Positions 1 through 8,339 of a DNA stretch of 64,000 nt are shown piece after piece; the first letter of the stretch is position 1; each line of letters begins with the position of its first letter. The position numbers and the translations under genes were made by a program. Source of the DNA: Candidatus Zambryskiibacteriota bacterium (lineage in GTDB: Bacteria > Patescibacteriota > Minisyncoccia > Phycocordibacterales > Zambryskibacteraceae); the NCBI GenBank assembly GCA_016180955.1, contig JACPAD010000001.1, forward strand, positions 8,527 through 72,526. The letters run 5' to 3'. Below the pieces are notes generated by a model. It was not told the origin of the DNA, did not search any database, and was given only the letters and a program-made list of their open reading frames with translations.

Positions 1-771
1 AATACCTCGAAACCCAAGGAAGCAGTTGACAGCGATACGAAGGCCAGCTTCAACAGCGGTGACCGCATGTACCTTCGTACTGTCTGCCATCACCAACTCT
101 CCGACCTGTGGCATGATGTCAACCGATGGTGGAGGGATCTTCTTGTAGTTGAGCCCGTAGATATCGGTATTCTTACGAGCCATAAACTCTTCGTGGTTGT
201 AGTGATCCGGCCAGAGTTGGAGATGGCCGCCAGCATCGGCTGGTTGAATGTACACCAACGCAGTGACTTGCGTGATGAGCATCTGTGCCCGATGGTTGTC
301 AGGCTCGTCCATCCGGAGAAAATCCTGGTGCGGCCAAGCGCAGGCCCCTTCCTTGAAAAGCTGGGCAAGGCCAAAGGCCATAGGTCTTCCATGGATGTTT
401 TCTCGATTCGCGCCTGCTGGCCACATATCCTCAAGGATCAGCCTAAGATGATCCATGGGATTGAGATATGGCCAGCTAAGCTGTCGGAATTCGACAGCAG
501 ACTGCACCACCTCATCGTAGTATTTCTTCCGCTTTTCAGTATTGGAATGGCCCTCGTAGAAGGCATCCATCACTTTGCCGATTGCTGGAGCGTGGGGATA
601 GTAGGCCAGCTTGGGATGTCTGACCAGACGTCCGCTCATAACCTGACACACTTCAGCTGGGCAGAATTCCGGGACTCGAATTGCGAGTACCTGACCGCGA
701 AACAACGCGATCATGTCCTCCGAGGTAATGGAGCTTGCTTGTCGATGCAACTCCAGACTTTTCGGTTCCAT
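1..771 (-). CDS. Fe(II)/2-oxoglutarate dioxygenase-like protein (C-terminus runs off the window)
   Basis: Own minus-strand translation from ATG at 771: MEPKSLELHRQASSITSEDMIALFRGQVLAIRVPEF..., open to position 1. H-x-D (WPHQDF) plus a distal His (TKVHAV) resemble the 2OG-oxygenase triad. Absent from the ORF track because there is no stop in the window. The 67..861 plus ORF is its antisense shadow. Confidence 0.4.
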   Translation of the reverse strand, partial: MEPKSLELHRQASSITSEDMIALFRGQVLAIRVPEFCPAEVCQVMSGRLVRHPKLAYYPHAPAIGKVMDAFYEGHSNTEKRKKYYDEVVQSAVEFRQLSWPYLNPMDHLRLILEDMWPAGANRENIHGRPMAFGLAQLFKEGACAWPHQDFLRMDEPDNHRAQMLITQVTALVYIQPADAGGHLQLWPDHYNHEEFMARKNTDIYGLNYKKIPPPSVDIMPQVGELVMADSTKVHAVTAVEAGLRIAVNCFLGFRGI

Positions 772-906
772 GAGGTAACCCCTTTCGGTTGGTTGTTGAT
801 GTGGAATGCAAAGTACACTCTAGGAAGAATTTTTAGCATGAATTTGACTGAATGTAAATGACATGTTGCTACAACTCGTTTTTTGTGCTATTTTGTCCAT
901 CGGGTA

Positions 907-930
907 ACTGTTCGTTAACAGTGGTAAAAT
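907..930 (+). promoter_or_regulatory. Inverted repeat ACTGTT-N4-AACAGT abutting a TAAAAT -10 box upstream of the ABC-F gene
   Basis: ACTGTT 907-912, AACAGT 917-922, TAAAAT 925-930, GGAG SD 941-944, ATG 951. Confidence 0.3.
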
Positions 931-950
931 AACCAAGAAAGGAGACGATT

Positions 951-2627
951 ATGCTACAAGCAAAACACATTCAAAAAAGCTACGGCAGTCTGACTGTGCT
1001 TGCTGATGTCTCCTTCTCCTTGGCGAAAGGGCAGAAGGTGGCATTAGTCGGCGACAATGGGACCGGCAAGACAACTGTTCTCAAGATTGTTGCCGGATTA
1101 GTGGAACCTGATGCGGGCGAGATCGAACTCGCCAAGAATACGTGCATCGGATATCTCCCGCAGGACACCAGTCTATCGGGCGATGGAACGATTAGCGCGT
1201 ATCTGAGGCGGATCGCAGGCATTGATGCTCTTGAGCAAAAACTCGAGACCCTCGCTTCTCACCTTGAGGACAAAGCGAAGTCTCGCGAGTATGGGGACGT
1301 ACACGAGCAATACGAACGTCTTGATGGTTACGCCTTTGAGCATCGCATCAAAGTGATGCTTGCGGGTTTTGGTCTTGAAAACGTTGGCATTGACCATCGT
1401 CTGTCCGATTTAAGTAGCGGACAGAAGAGCAAAGTGGCGCTCGCGGGGATTCTCCTCAAAGGTGTCGACCTATTGCTTCTCGATGAGCCGACGAACAATC
1501 TCGACATACCGGCACTCATCTGGCTTGAGGATTTCCTTCGGAAGTCCGATGCCGCTTGCATTGTCATTTCTCACGATCGCCGGTTTCTTGACCGGGTTGT
1601 GAGGAAAATCCTCGAGATTGACCGGCATACACGCGTACTCAACATTTCAGGTGGCACGTACAGTGACTACCTAGCGGTGGTGACGAAACGCATTGCCCGG
1701 CAGAAGGAAAAATATCGACTCCAACAGGAGGAGATTGAACGTCTTTCTGATCAAGCTCGGCAGCAAAGAGCCGCTTCCGCTAGAGGGTCAAGCTGGCGAG
1801 GAAGTGACAACGACAAGTTCTTGAGAGGTTTCAAACGAGATCGTGCGGCAGGGTCTGGAAGAAAGGCGAAGACGATCGAAAAGCGGATAGACCAGATGGA
1901 GAAAGTCGAAAAACCCATCGAGCGCGATCCATTCGAGATTCCGCTCAACGCCGAAGTCGGTCCTGGAACGCTTGATATCCGTCTCGTTGACGTGGTAGCA
2001 GGATATCCGGACGGCTTCACTGTCGGCCCCGTGTCATTTGAGGTGCGGTATGGGAGCAGAGTTGGCATCATGGGACTAAATGGTAGCGGAAAGTCAACTC
2101 TTCTCAAGACTATTACCGGCCAACTGGTGGCGCATGGCGGCACGATCGAGATCGGTTCCGGTGTCAAAATCGGAAACATGATGCAGGAGCATGAAAGCCT
2201 GCCTCGCGATCGCACGCTTCTCAAATTCCTCAAGGAGCGAGCAGGGTTCAGAGAGCAAGATTCGTATGCCAAGCTTGCAAAGTTTGGCTTCGAGGAGAGT
2301 CAGGTGAAACAGCCGATCGGTACTCTAAGTCCCGGCGGTCGTGCTCGACTGCTTCTTGCCTTGTTTTCCGCCCAATCGGTCAACGTGCTAATCCTTGACG
2401 AGCCTACCAACCACCTCGATCTTGAAGCGCTCGAGGCTCTAGAGGAAACAATTCGTACCTATCGAGGAACAATATTGCTCGTGTCTCACGATCGATACTT
2501 CCTTGAGAAAGCACGACTTGATTCCACCTACATCTTGTCGGAAGGGGTTCTCACCAGAATTCCGGATTACAAGACGTATGTGACTCAAGCGGAGGAGCGG
2601 GCATCGCAGCTCTTGAAGTCACTGTAG
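951..2627 (+). CDS. ABC-F family ATPase (two ABC domains, no TM domain; translation factor or ribosome-protection type)
   Basis: Walker A GDNGTGKTT and GLNGSGKST. Signatures LSSGQKSKVALA and LSPGGRARLLLA. Walker B LLLLDEPTNNLD and VLILDEPTNHLD. About 80-aa charged inter-domain linker. GGAG SD. Confidence 0.9.
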   Translation: MLQAKHIQKSYGSLTVLADVSFSLAKGQKVALVGDNGTGKTTVLKIVAGLVEPDAGEIELAKNTCIGYLPQDTSLSGDGTISAYLRRIAGIDALEQKLETLASHLEDKAKSREYGDVHEQYERLDGYAFEHRIKVMLAGFGLENVGIDHRLSDLSSGQKSKVALAGILLKGVDLLLLDEPTNNLDIPALIWLEDFLRKSDAACIVISHDRRFLDRVVRKILEIDRHTRVLNISGGTYSDYLAVVTKRIARQKEKYRLQQEEIERLSDQARQQRAASARGSSWRGSDNDKFLRGFKRDRAAGSGRKAKTIEKRIDQMEKVEKPIERDPFEIPLNAEVGPGTLDIRLVDVVAGYPDGFTVGPVSFEVRYGSRVGIMGLNGSGKSTLLKTITGQLVAHGGTIEIGSGVKIGNMMQEHESLPRDRTLLKFLKERAGFREQDSYAKLAKFGFEESQVKQPIGTLSPGGRARLLLALFSAQSVNVLILDEPTNHLDLEALEALEETIRTYRGTILLVSHDRYFLEKARLDSTYILSEGVLTRIPDYKTYVTQAEERASQLLKSL

Positions 2628-2633
2628 TTCACG

Positions 2634-2671
2634 AACCCGGGAGAGCGCAAGCTTTTTCCGGGTTCTTTTTT
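2634..2671 (+). terminator. Rho-independent terminator after the ABC-F gene
   Basis: AACCCGG (2634-2640) pairs with CCGGGTT (2658-2664), followed by T6. Confidence 0.7.
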
Positions 2672-2675
2672 CACC

Positions 2676-3314
2676 ATGATCAAATCAGAACGTATCGCCA
2701 AAAAAATATGCCAAGAAGTTAAGGTATGGAAAAAAGACCATGCCAAATTGATCGTGGCTGTTGATGGCTATGCGGGCTCTGGTAAAACCACAGTCGGTAA
2801 TTTTATTGCAAAACACGACAAAGACGTGCTCTCAGTACATCTCGATGACTTCATCAACCACTGGAAAATTCGCAAGCAAAAGATAGAAAAGGCTAAAGAC
2901 AAGCCAAAGATATTTGAATATCATTGGTACCGCTATGACGATCTGGAACGACTCGTTAAAGCATTTTTAAGTGGAAAGAAATCAATTAAGCTAAAGACCT
3001 ATAACTATGATAAAAATGACTTTAATCCTAAACAAACCTTCGACTTATCAAAAAAAGTTCTGGTAATAGATGGAATATTTCTTTTTCATCCAAAACACAC
3101 TCTTACAAAATATATTCATAAGAACATCTATCTCGACGCCGACTTTGCGAAGGCAGATAAAAAACGTATAGCCAAAGAAAAGAAGAAGTTTGGTAAAAAA
3201 TATCTTCCGGATAACCATCCAAATAATTGGGTACGTCATTTCAAGCGGGCGTATAAGAGGTACATAGATCAATATACTCCTAAAAAAGTATCTGACTTGG
3301 TATTTAAGATCTAA
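2676..3314 (+). CDS. P-loop kinase, uridine kinase/phosphoribulokinase-family-like
   Basis: VAVDGYAGSGKTT P-loop near the N-terminus, HLDDF motif, 212 aa. Markedly AT-rich compared with the upstream ABC-F gene. Confidence 0.55.
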   Translation: MIKSERIAKKICQEVKVWKKDHAKLIVAVDGYAGSGKTTVGNFIAKHDKDVLSVHLDDFINHWKIRKQKIEKAKDKPKIFEYHWYRYDDLERLVKAFLSGKKSIKLKTYNYDKNDFNPKQTFDLSKKVLVIDGIFLFHPKHTLTKYIHKNIYLDADFAKADKKRIAKEKKKFGKKYLPDNHPNNWVRHFKRAYKRYIDQYTPKKVSDLVFKI

Positions 3315-3468
3315 ATTAATATTCCGCAAAAAGTGCCACTTTTGTCACTTTTTGGTAGACTCATCAATATGGCTTATGGAAACTCAACCTATCACAAATA
3401 AATATATAGGTCACTCTGGTGTGGAGTATATCTTCGAGTACTTTGACACTAAATTCGCATCTCCTATC

Positions 3469-3496
3469 ATTCTCTAATTCTCACGAATTAGAGAAT
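3469..3496. promoter_or_regulatory. Perfect 12-bp inverted repeat (ATTCTCTAATTC-TCAC-GAATTAGAGAAT), candidate ArsR operator over the arsR promoter
   Basis: Read directly. It ends 2 nt before the TGaTAGAAT extended -10 of the arsR-family gene. Confidence 0.5.
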
Positions 3497-3497
3497 G

Positions 3498-3506
3498 TGA
3501 TAGAAT
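3498..3506 (+). promoter_or_regulatory. Extended -10 (TGaTAGAAT) 6 nt before the arsR-family ATG; leaderless candidate
   Basis: TAGAAT 3501-3506, ATG 3513, no SD. Confidence 0.45.
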
Positions 3507-3512
3507 AATTTT

Positions 3513-3779
3513 ATGAAAGAAAAGGAACTGGAGCGGATACTGAAAGCATTAGCAAATAAAAGAAGATTGGCGATAATTTCCTTCCTGCGAAAAAAGAAGG
3601 AAGCAAATGTAGGCGACATTGCTGAAGTTATTCGCTTGTCAATTAAGTCCACGTCGCGTCATTTGACCATTTTGTTCGGCGCAGATCTTCTTGACAGAGA
3701 ACAGAGAAATACGGAAGTATTCTATAGTTTAACGTCCTCTTTACCAGAATTGTTTTTACCATTGATAAAAAGTCTATAA
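3513..3779 (+). CDS. ArsR/SmtB-family winged-HTH transcriptional regulator (no metal-binding Cys motif seen)
   Basis: 88 aa. ALANKRRLAIISFL...ANVGDIAEVIRLSIKSTSRHLTILFGADLLDREQRNTEVFYSL fits the ArsR HTH core. Confidence 0.8.
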   Translation: MKEKELERILKALANKRRLAIISFLRKKKEANVGDIAEVIRLSIKSTSRHLTILFGADLLDREQRNTEVFYSLTSSLPELFLPLIKSL

Positions 3780-3793
3780 TAAATAACAATCTT

Positions 3794-3821
3794 ACTCTCT
3801 AATTCTCACGAATAAGAGAAT
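3794..3821. promoter_or_regulatory. Second copy of the ArsR-type palindrome (ACTCTCTAATTC-TCAC-GAATAAGAGAAT)
   Basis: Differs at 2 positions from the 3469-3496 copy. Lies between the arsR stop (3779) and the trpS promoter. Confidence 0.45.
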
Positions 3822-3871
3822 ATATGATGGGTGTAGAACGGGGTGTTTAAATTTAGCGGTTTTATTGATAT

Positions 3872-3877
3872 TATAAT
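3872..3877 (+). promoter_or_regulatory. TATAAT -10 box 6 nt before the trpS ATG; leaderless candidate
   Basis: TATAAT 3872-3877, ATG 3884, no SD. Confidence 0.4.
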
Positions 3878-3883
3878 TGTCAT

Positions 3884-4840
3884 ATGTCAGCGAAGAAGGT
3901 ACTTCTTTCAGGAGTTAAGCCCACTGGTCGGCCGCATGTCGGCAACTATTTTGGCGCCATGAAGCAGTTCGTCGAGCTGCAAGACTCTTATGAGTCAAGG
4001 ATTTTTGTCGCTAATCTGCACGCTCTGACCACATGCCAAGATAAGGTCGAATTGGAAAGGAATACCCAAGACGTCGTGCTTGATTATCTAGGTATCGGTC
4101 TAGACCCTATGAAAACCACTATTTACTATCAGTCCGATGTGCCGCATGTGACCGAACTGGCTTGGATCTTCGAGTGTATTACTACCATGCCGTATCTTAT
4201 GCGGGCCCACGCTTTCAAAGATGCGGAGGCGAAAAATAAAGAAATAAACATAGGAGTTTTTAATTATCCTCTGCTTATGGCTGCAGACATTTTGGTACAA
4301 GATGCAGATGTTGTACCGGTGGGTAGAGACCAGCAGCAACATATAGAAATTACCCGTGATATCGCTCTAAAGTTCAACAGAATGTACGGTGAGACTTTCA
4401 AAATTCCCGAACCCCTCATCTTGGAAAATGTGGCTACCGTGCTCGGTACGGATGGCCAGAAAATGAGCAAAAGTTATAACAACACCATTCCGCTTTTTGC
4501 CAGTGATGATGAGATTGAAAGTGCTGTCATGGGTATTGTGACCGATTCAGGCCAAGACATACCCAAGAATGTTTACGAGATACATAAATTATTGAAACCA
4601 GAAAGAGAATTGCAAAAATTATATGCGGAGAAAAAGGGTCAATACGCAGAGTTGAAAAAAGAGTTAATCAAAGATCTAAAAAATTTCATCGGTCCTATGC
4701 GAGCGAGACGTGTTGAATGGGAAAGTAAACCAGAAGAAGTGGAAAAAATTATGAGTGAGGGTGGTAAGAAGATGAGAAAGGTAGTGCACGAGAAAATGAT
4801 TGAAGTCAGAGCCAAAGTCGGCTTAATTCACAATGAGTAG
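3884..4840 (+). CDS. trpS: Tryptophanyl-tRNA synthetase
   Basis: Class I motifs GRPHVGNYFG (HIGH-type) and KMSKS. 318 aa. Confidence 0.9.
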   Translation: MSAKKVLLSGVKPTGRPHVGNYFGAMKQFVELQDSYESRIFVANLHALTTCQDKVELERNTQDVVLDYLGIGLDPMKTTIYYQSDVPHVTELAWIFECITTMPYLMRAHAFKDAEAKNKEINIGVFNYPLLMAADILVQDADVVPVGRDQQQHIEITRDIALKFNRMYGETFKIPEPLILENVATVLGTDGQKMSKSYNNTIPLFASDDEIESAVMGIVTDSGQDIPKNVYEIHKLLKPERELQKLYAEKKGQYAELKKELIKDLKNFIGPMRARRVEWESKPEEVEKIMSEGGKKMRKVVHEKMIEVRAKVGLIHNE

Positions 4841-4864
4841 TTCGATAAACTCACTATAAATAAT

Positions 4865-6106
4865 ATGCTCCAAGGATTTGTCCATGCTTTGAGAATTCAG
4901 TCGAAAATCATTTTTATCGTGGTGCGCAATTTGAAAGGTTTGACGCAGGTTGTGGTGGCAGCTGATAACTTGGAGTTTGAGACAGCAAAAAATCTATCCC
5001 TCGAATCGGTTGTCAGAGTAACGGGAGAAATGAAAGAAGAGAAAGCCGCTCCCGGAGGCATTGAGATGCATCCGACTAAAATAGAAGTGCTCTCGAGAGC
5101 CGAACCGGAACTACCGATACCAGTAGTTATCAAGGGTGGGGAAGAGACCGAAGCACCTATACGCTTCGATTACCGCTGGCTGGACCTGCGTAAACCGGAG
5201 AAAACAAAAATCTTTAAAGTTTGGACCGAGTTTGAGAAGGGTTGGAGAAAGTATTGGGATGAGAATAATTATATCCAACTTTATCCACCCGCATTAATGT
5301 CCACGCCATCAGAGAGCGGCGCGGAAGTCTTCGAGGTTAAGTATTTCGATAGGAAGGCATATCTGGCACAATCCCCTCAATTTTACAAGCAAATGGCCAT
5401 GGCGGCAGGTTTCGAAAAAGTTTTCATGGTGTCTCCCGTGTTTCGCGCCGAAGAGTCCTTTACCACTCGCCATGTGACGGAGTTTACCGGCTGGGACTTT
5501 GAAATTTCTTATATTAATGACCACAACGACGTGATGGATGCCGAAGAGGGAATGATTATCGAGGGGTTTAAGGCGCTCAAAGAAGCTCAAATTCCCAACT
5601 TGGAAGCTCAGCTTCCAAGTAGGCCATTTCCAAGAGTTACTATGATTGAAGCAAAAAAAATTCTCGCAGGTCTGGGTATTGCATCTCTCGATGCCGACGA
5701 TCTTTCTCCTGAAGAAGAAAAGGCAATTTCTGATTGGGTGCTCAAAGAAAAAAACCATGAATTTGTATTTATCACCGAATATCATAAATCTAAGAGCGCT
5801 TTCTACCATATGCGAAGTGTCGAAGACCCCGAGCGTAGTCGAAGGGCGGATCTACTCTACCGCGGACTTGAGGTTACAACGCTTGCCCAGCGCGAGCACA
5901 GAGTAGAAATTCTCGAGAAGCAAGCGCAAGAAAAAGGGATGGCTCTTGAGCCGCTCAAAGATTACCTAAACTTCTTCCGCTACGGCTGTCCGCCGCACGG
6001 CGGCGCCGGCATCGGCCCAGCTCGATTTATCATGAAAATCCTCGGCCTCGGGAACGTCCGCGAAGCAACTTATCTCCCAAGAGACGTAAAACGTCTGAAT
6101 CCGTAA
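4865..6106 (+). CDS. aspS: Aspartyl-tRNA synthetase, archaeal/eukaryal-type (short form)
   Basis: Class II motifs SPVFRAEES and GGAGIGPARFIM. OB-fold N-terminus (IFIVVRNLKGLTQVV). 413 aa; N-terminus shorter than usual. Confidence 0.85.
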   Translation: MLQGFVHALRIQSKIIFIVVRNLKGLTQVVVAADNLEFETAKNLSLESVVRVTGEMKEEKAAPGGIEMHPTKIEVLSRAEPELPIPVVIKGGEETEAPIRFDYRWLDLRKPEKTKIFKVWTEFEKGWRKYWDENNYIQLYPPALMSTPSESGAEVFEVKYFDRKAYLAQSPQFYKQMAMAAGFEKVFMVSPVFRAEESFTTRHVTEFTGWDFEISYINDHNDVMDAEEGMIIEGFKALKEAQIPNLEAQLPSRPFPRVTMIEAKKILAGLGIASLDADDLSPEEEKAISDWVLKEKNHEFVFITEYHKSKSAFYHMRSVEDPERSRRADLLYRGLEVTTLAQREHRVEILEKQAQEKGMALEPLKDYLNFFRYGCPPHGGAGIGPARFIMKILGLGNVREATYLPRDVKRLNP

Positions 6107-6846
6107 TGATGAACCACAGTACTTATACTGTAAAGACACAAGTATTTGAAGGTCCGTTGGACCTTCTTCTAGAACTGGTTACGAAAAGGAAGCTCTTCGT
6201 CAATGACGTCTCGCTCGCGCAGGTAACGGATGACTTCATCCGCTATGTTGCTGAAAGAGAGGAGTACTCTCTTTCAGTCCCTCTAGGAGAGAGTGCCGAA
6301 TTCATCTTGGTAGCATCGACTCTGATGCTTATTAAGAGTCGCTCGCTTCTGCCGACTCTTGTACTTACGGAAGAAGAAGAACAGAGTATCCACGAGCTCG
6401 AGGGCCGGCTTGCCATCTACGCTCGGGTAAAAGAGCTTGCCGCTAATCTGCGAGCTCTTTTCGGTAAGAACATTATTTTCGAGAAAGAGCCGAGTAAAAA
6501 TCTGTTTATTGTTTTCTCTCCGGATTCAAAGACTGATAAAGATAATCTTCTCGCCGCGCTAGAGAGAGTAATAGAGTCTCTGCCTAAGAAAGAAGTTTTG
6601 CCGAAAGTGGTGGTAAAAAAAGTAATTAGTCTCGAGGAGATGATAGAGAAGTTAGCAGAAAGAGTTTCGAGAGCGGGTAAAGTCCGCTTCCAGGACTTGA
6701 AACATAAAGACAAAATCTCTGTCATCGTGGGCTTCTTGGCAATGCTTGAGCTGGTTAAGCGCGGAGCAATACGCGTCACGCAGAAGAGTCACTCGGGAGA
6801 AATCGAGATCGAATCGGAATCTATAGGCATTCCTCATTATGCTTGA
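6106..6846 (+). CDS. scpA: Segregation and condensation protein A
   Basis: FEGPLDLLLELVTKRKL N-terminal signature. Immediately upstream of and overlapping scpB. TGA stop. Confidence 0.85.
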   Translation: MMNHSTYTVKTQVFEGPLDLLLELVTKRKLFVNDVSLAQVTDDFIRYVAEREEYSLSVPLGESAEFILVASTLMLIKSRSLLPTLVLTEEEEQSIHELEGRLAIYARVKELAANLRALFGKNIIFEKEPSKNLFIVFSPDSKTDKDNLLAALERVIESLPKKEVLPKVVVKKVISLEEMIEKLAERVSRAGKVRFQDLKHKDKISVIVGFLAMLELVKRGAIRVTQKSHSGEIEIESESIGIPHYA

Positions 6847-7399
6847 GTCAAAGATAGAATCCATATTGTTTTTCCGAAACGAACCAATCTCAATTTCTGA
6901 ATTGGCAAAGATTCTTGGTGGAGATAAGGAAAAAGTAACAGTAGCAATTGAAAATCTCCAGGAATTTTACAAAAATCGCGGTATTGTTATTGTTTCTGAC
7001 GGGGAGTCACTATCTTTTGGCACCCGTCCTTCAAATTCGGAACTGATTGAGAAAATCCAGAAAGAAGAACTTTCCCGCGAACTGGGACGGGCTGGGCTTG
7101 AGACTTTGGCTATCGTTCTTTATCGCGGGCCGGTATCGAGAAGGGAGATAGACCGGATTCGCGGTGTCAATTCTAGTTTTATCCTGCGCACGCTTATGAT
7201 TAGAGGACTTATTGAACGGACCGAAGGTGACCCCTCGACTGCGCTCAGGGCAGGAAGAAGCTATACTTATAAACCAACGTTGAAGCTTCTTCAATATCTG
7301 GGTATTACCCGTCGCGAAGAGTTGCCAGAATACCAAAACGCTTTCAAGAAAATGGAAGAGTTTGTAAAGACCGAGTCGCGGCAAGAAGAAAATGTTTAA
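6839..7399 (+). CDS. scpB: Segregation and condensation protein B
   Basis: ESILFFRNEPISISELAKIL and a second wHTH (LETLAIVLYRGPVSRREIDRIRG). Carries an in-frame PSTALRAG insert. Confidence 0.85.
   Translation: MLESKIESILFFRNEPISISELAKILGGDKEKVTVAIENLQEFYKNRGIVIVSDGESLSFGTRPSNSELIEKIQKEELSRELGRAGLETLAIVLYRGPVSRREIDRIRGVNSSFILRTLMIRGLIERTEGDPSTALRAGRSYTYKPTLKLLQYLGITRREELPEYQNAFKKMEEFVKTESRQEENV
7232..7255 (+). repeat. In-frame 24-nt element copy (CCCTCGACTGCGCTCAGGGCAGGA = PSTALRAG) inside scpB
   Basis: Near-identical nucleotide strings at 32857-32880, 32425-32448 and 24490-24513. Confidence 0.6.
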
Positions 7400-8336
7400 T
7401 AAATTTTTCATTACCAAAGACTCCGAAATAAAATTCTTCTTTGTCCTCGCGACTGCTTTAGCACTTCTCTTTATCATCTCTTTTACTATTGGCTCGAGAG
7501 TCGAACGCAAAGATAACTCCGTGCCCACTAAGACGGCCTCTGGAGAATTTCCGGTTCTGGATGTCAAAGCCAAAAGCGCTTACATCTACGATGTTCGCAC
7601 TAAGACCGTTCTTTTTGCCTTGAATGAAAACATCCGTCTGCCTTTAGCGTCACTCTCTAAGCTTATGGCGGCGCTCGTGGCTTACGAGCTCTCGCCCGAC
7701 TACGGCACAGTTATGGTGACGCGCGAAGCCATCGCTACCGAGGGCGATAGCGGTTTAAAGGCGGGGGAGAGATGGTCGCTTAAAAATCTTTTAGATTTCT
7801 CTTTGCTAAGTTCATCCAACGACGGCATCAAGGCGGTGGCACTCTCACTCGGAGCACTCTCCCGAGCGGAAGCAGGTCCGGAGGAGATTGTGGATGACTT
7901 CGTCCGTAAGATGAATTACAAAGCAGCAGAGCTTGACCTCAAGAATACTTACTTCTGGAACGAAACCGGCTTGGATGAATCGGAGGTAAAGGGCGGCGCT
8001 TACGGCACCGCTAAAGACCTCACCGCGCTTATGGAATATATCATCTCTTACTATCCGGAGATGCTTGAGGCTACCCGGCAACCGAGTGCCACCTTCAAAT
8101 CCGATAAGTATAATCACGCTATCAAGAATACCAATGCTTTAGCAGACGAAATTCCGAATCTTCTCGGCTCTAAGACCGGATTTACCTCGACAGCCGGAGG
8201 CAATCTGACCTTCGCCTTCGACCCCGAACTCGGCCGGCCGATTATCGTGACCATTCTCGGTTCAACAGAAAAAGGCCGCTTCGAAGATGCTAAAGCGCTC
8301 ATTAATGCTACTATGCAGTACATTAATGAGAATTAA
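7392..8336 (+). CDS. D-alanyl-D-alanine carboxypeptidase (serine peptidase S11, low-MW PBP)
   Basis: SxxK (SLSKLM), SxN (SSSND) and KTG (KTGFT) motifs. N-terminal TM anchor. Confidence 0.8.
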   Translation: MFNKFFITKDSEIKFFFVLATALALLFIISFTIGSRVERKDNSVPTKTASGEFPVLDVKAKSAYIYDVRTKTVLFALNENIRLPLASLSKLMAALVAYELSPDYGTVMVTREAIATEGDSGLKAGERWSLKNLLDFSLLSSSNDGIKAVALSLGALSRAEAGPEEIVDDFVRKMNYKAAELDLKNTYFWNETGLDESEVKGGAYGTAKDLTALMEYIISYYPEMLEATRQPSATFKSDKYNHAIKNTNALADEIPNLLGSKTGFTSTAGGNLTFAFDPELGRPIIVTILGSTEKGRFEDAKALINATMQYINEN

Positions 8337-8339
8337 CCT

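Noticed and set aside
67-861. 264-aa plus-strand ORF from the ORF track
   Set aside because: Its sequence is low-complexity and odd. The opposite strand encodes a coherent 2OG-oxygenase-like protein from ATG 771 to the window edge. I treat the plus ORF as an antisense shadow.
6844-6846. Possibility of UGA recoding (CPR code 25)
   Set aside because: TGA terminates scpA, the 65-aa ORF and others at sensible protein ends. The standard-code ORFs are full length and in-frame TGA is not needed. Only RF1 is seen in this window, but that is not evidence for recoding.
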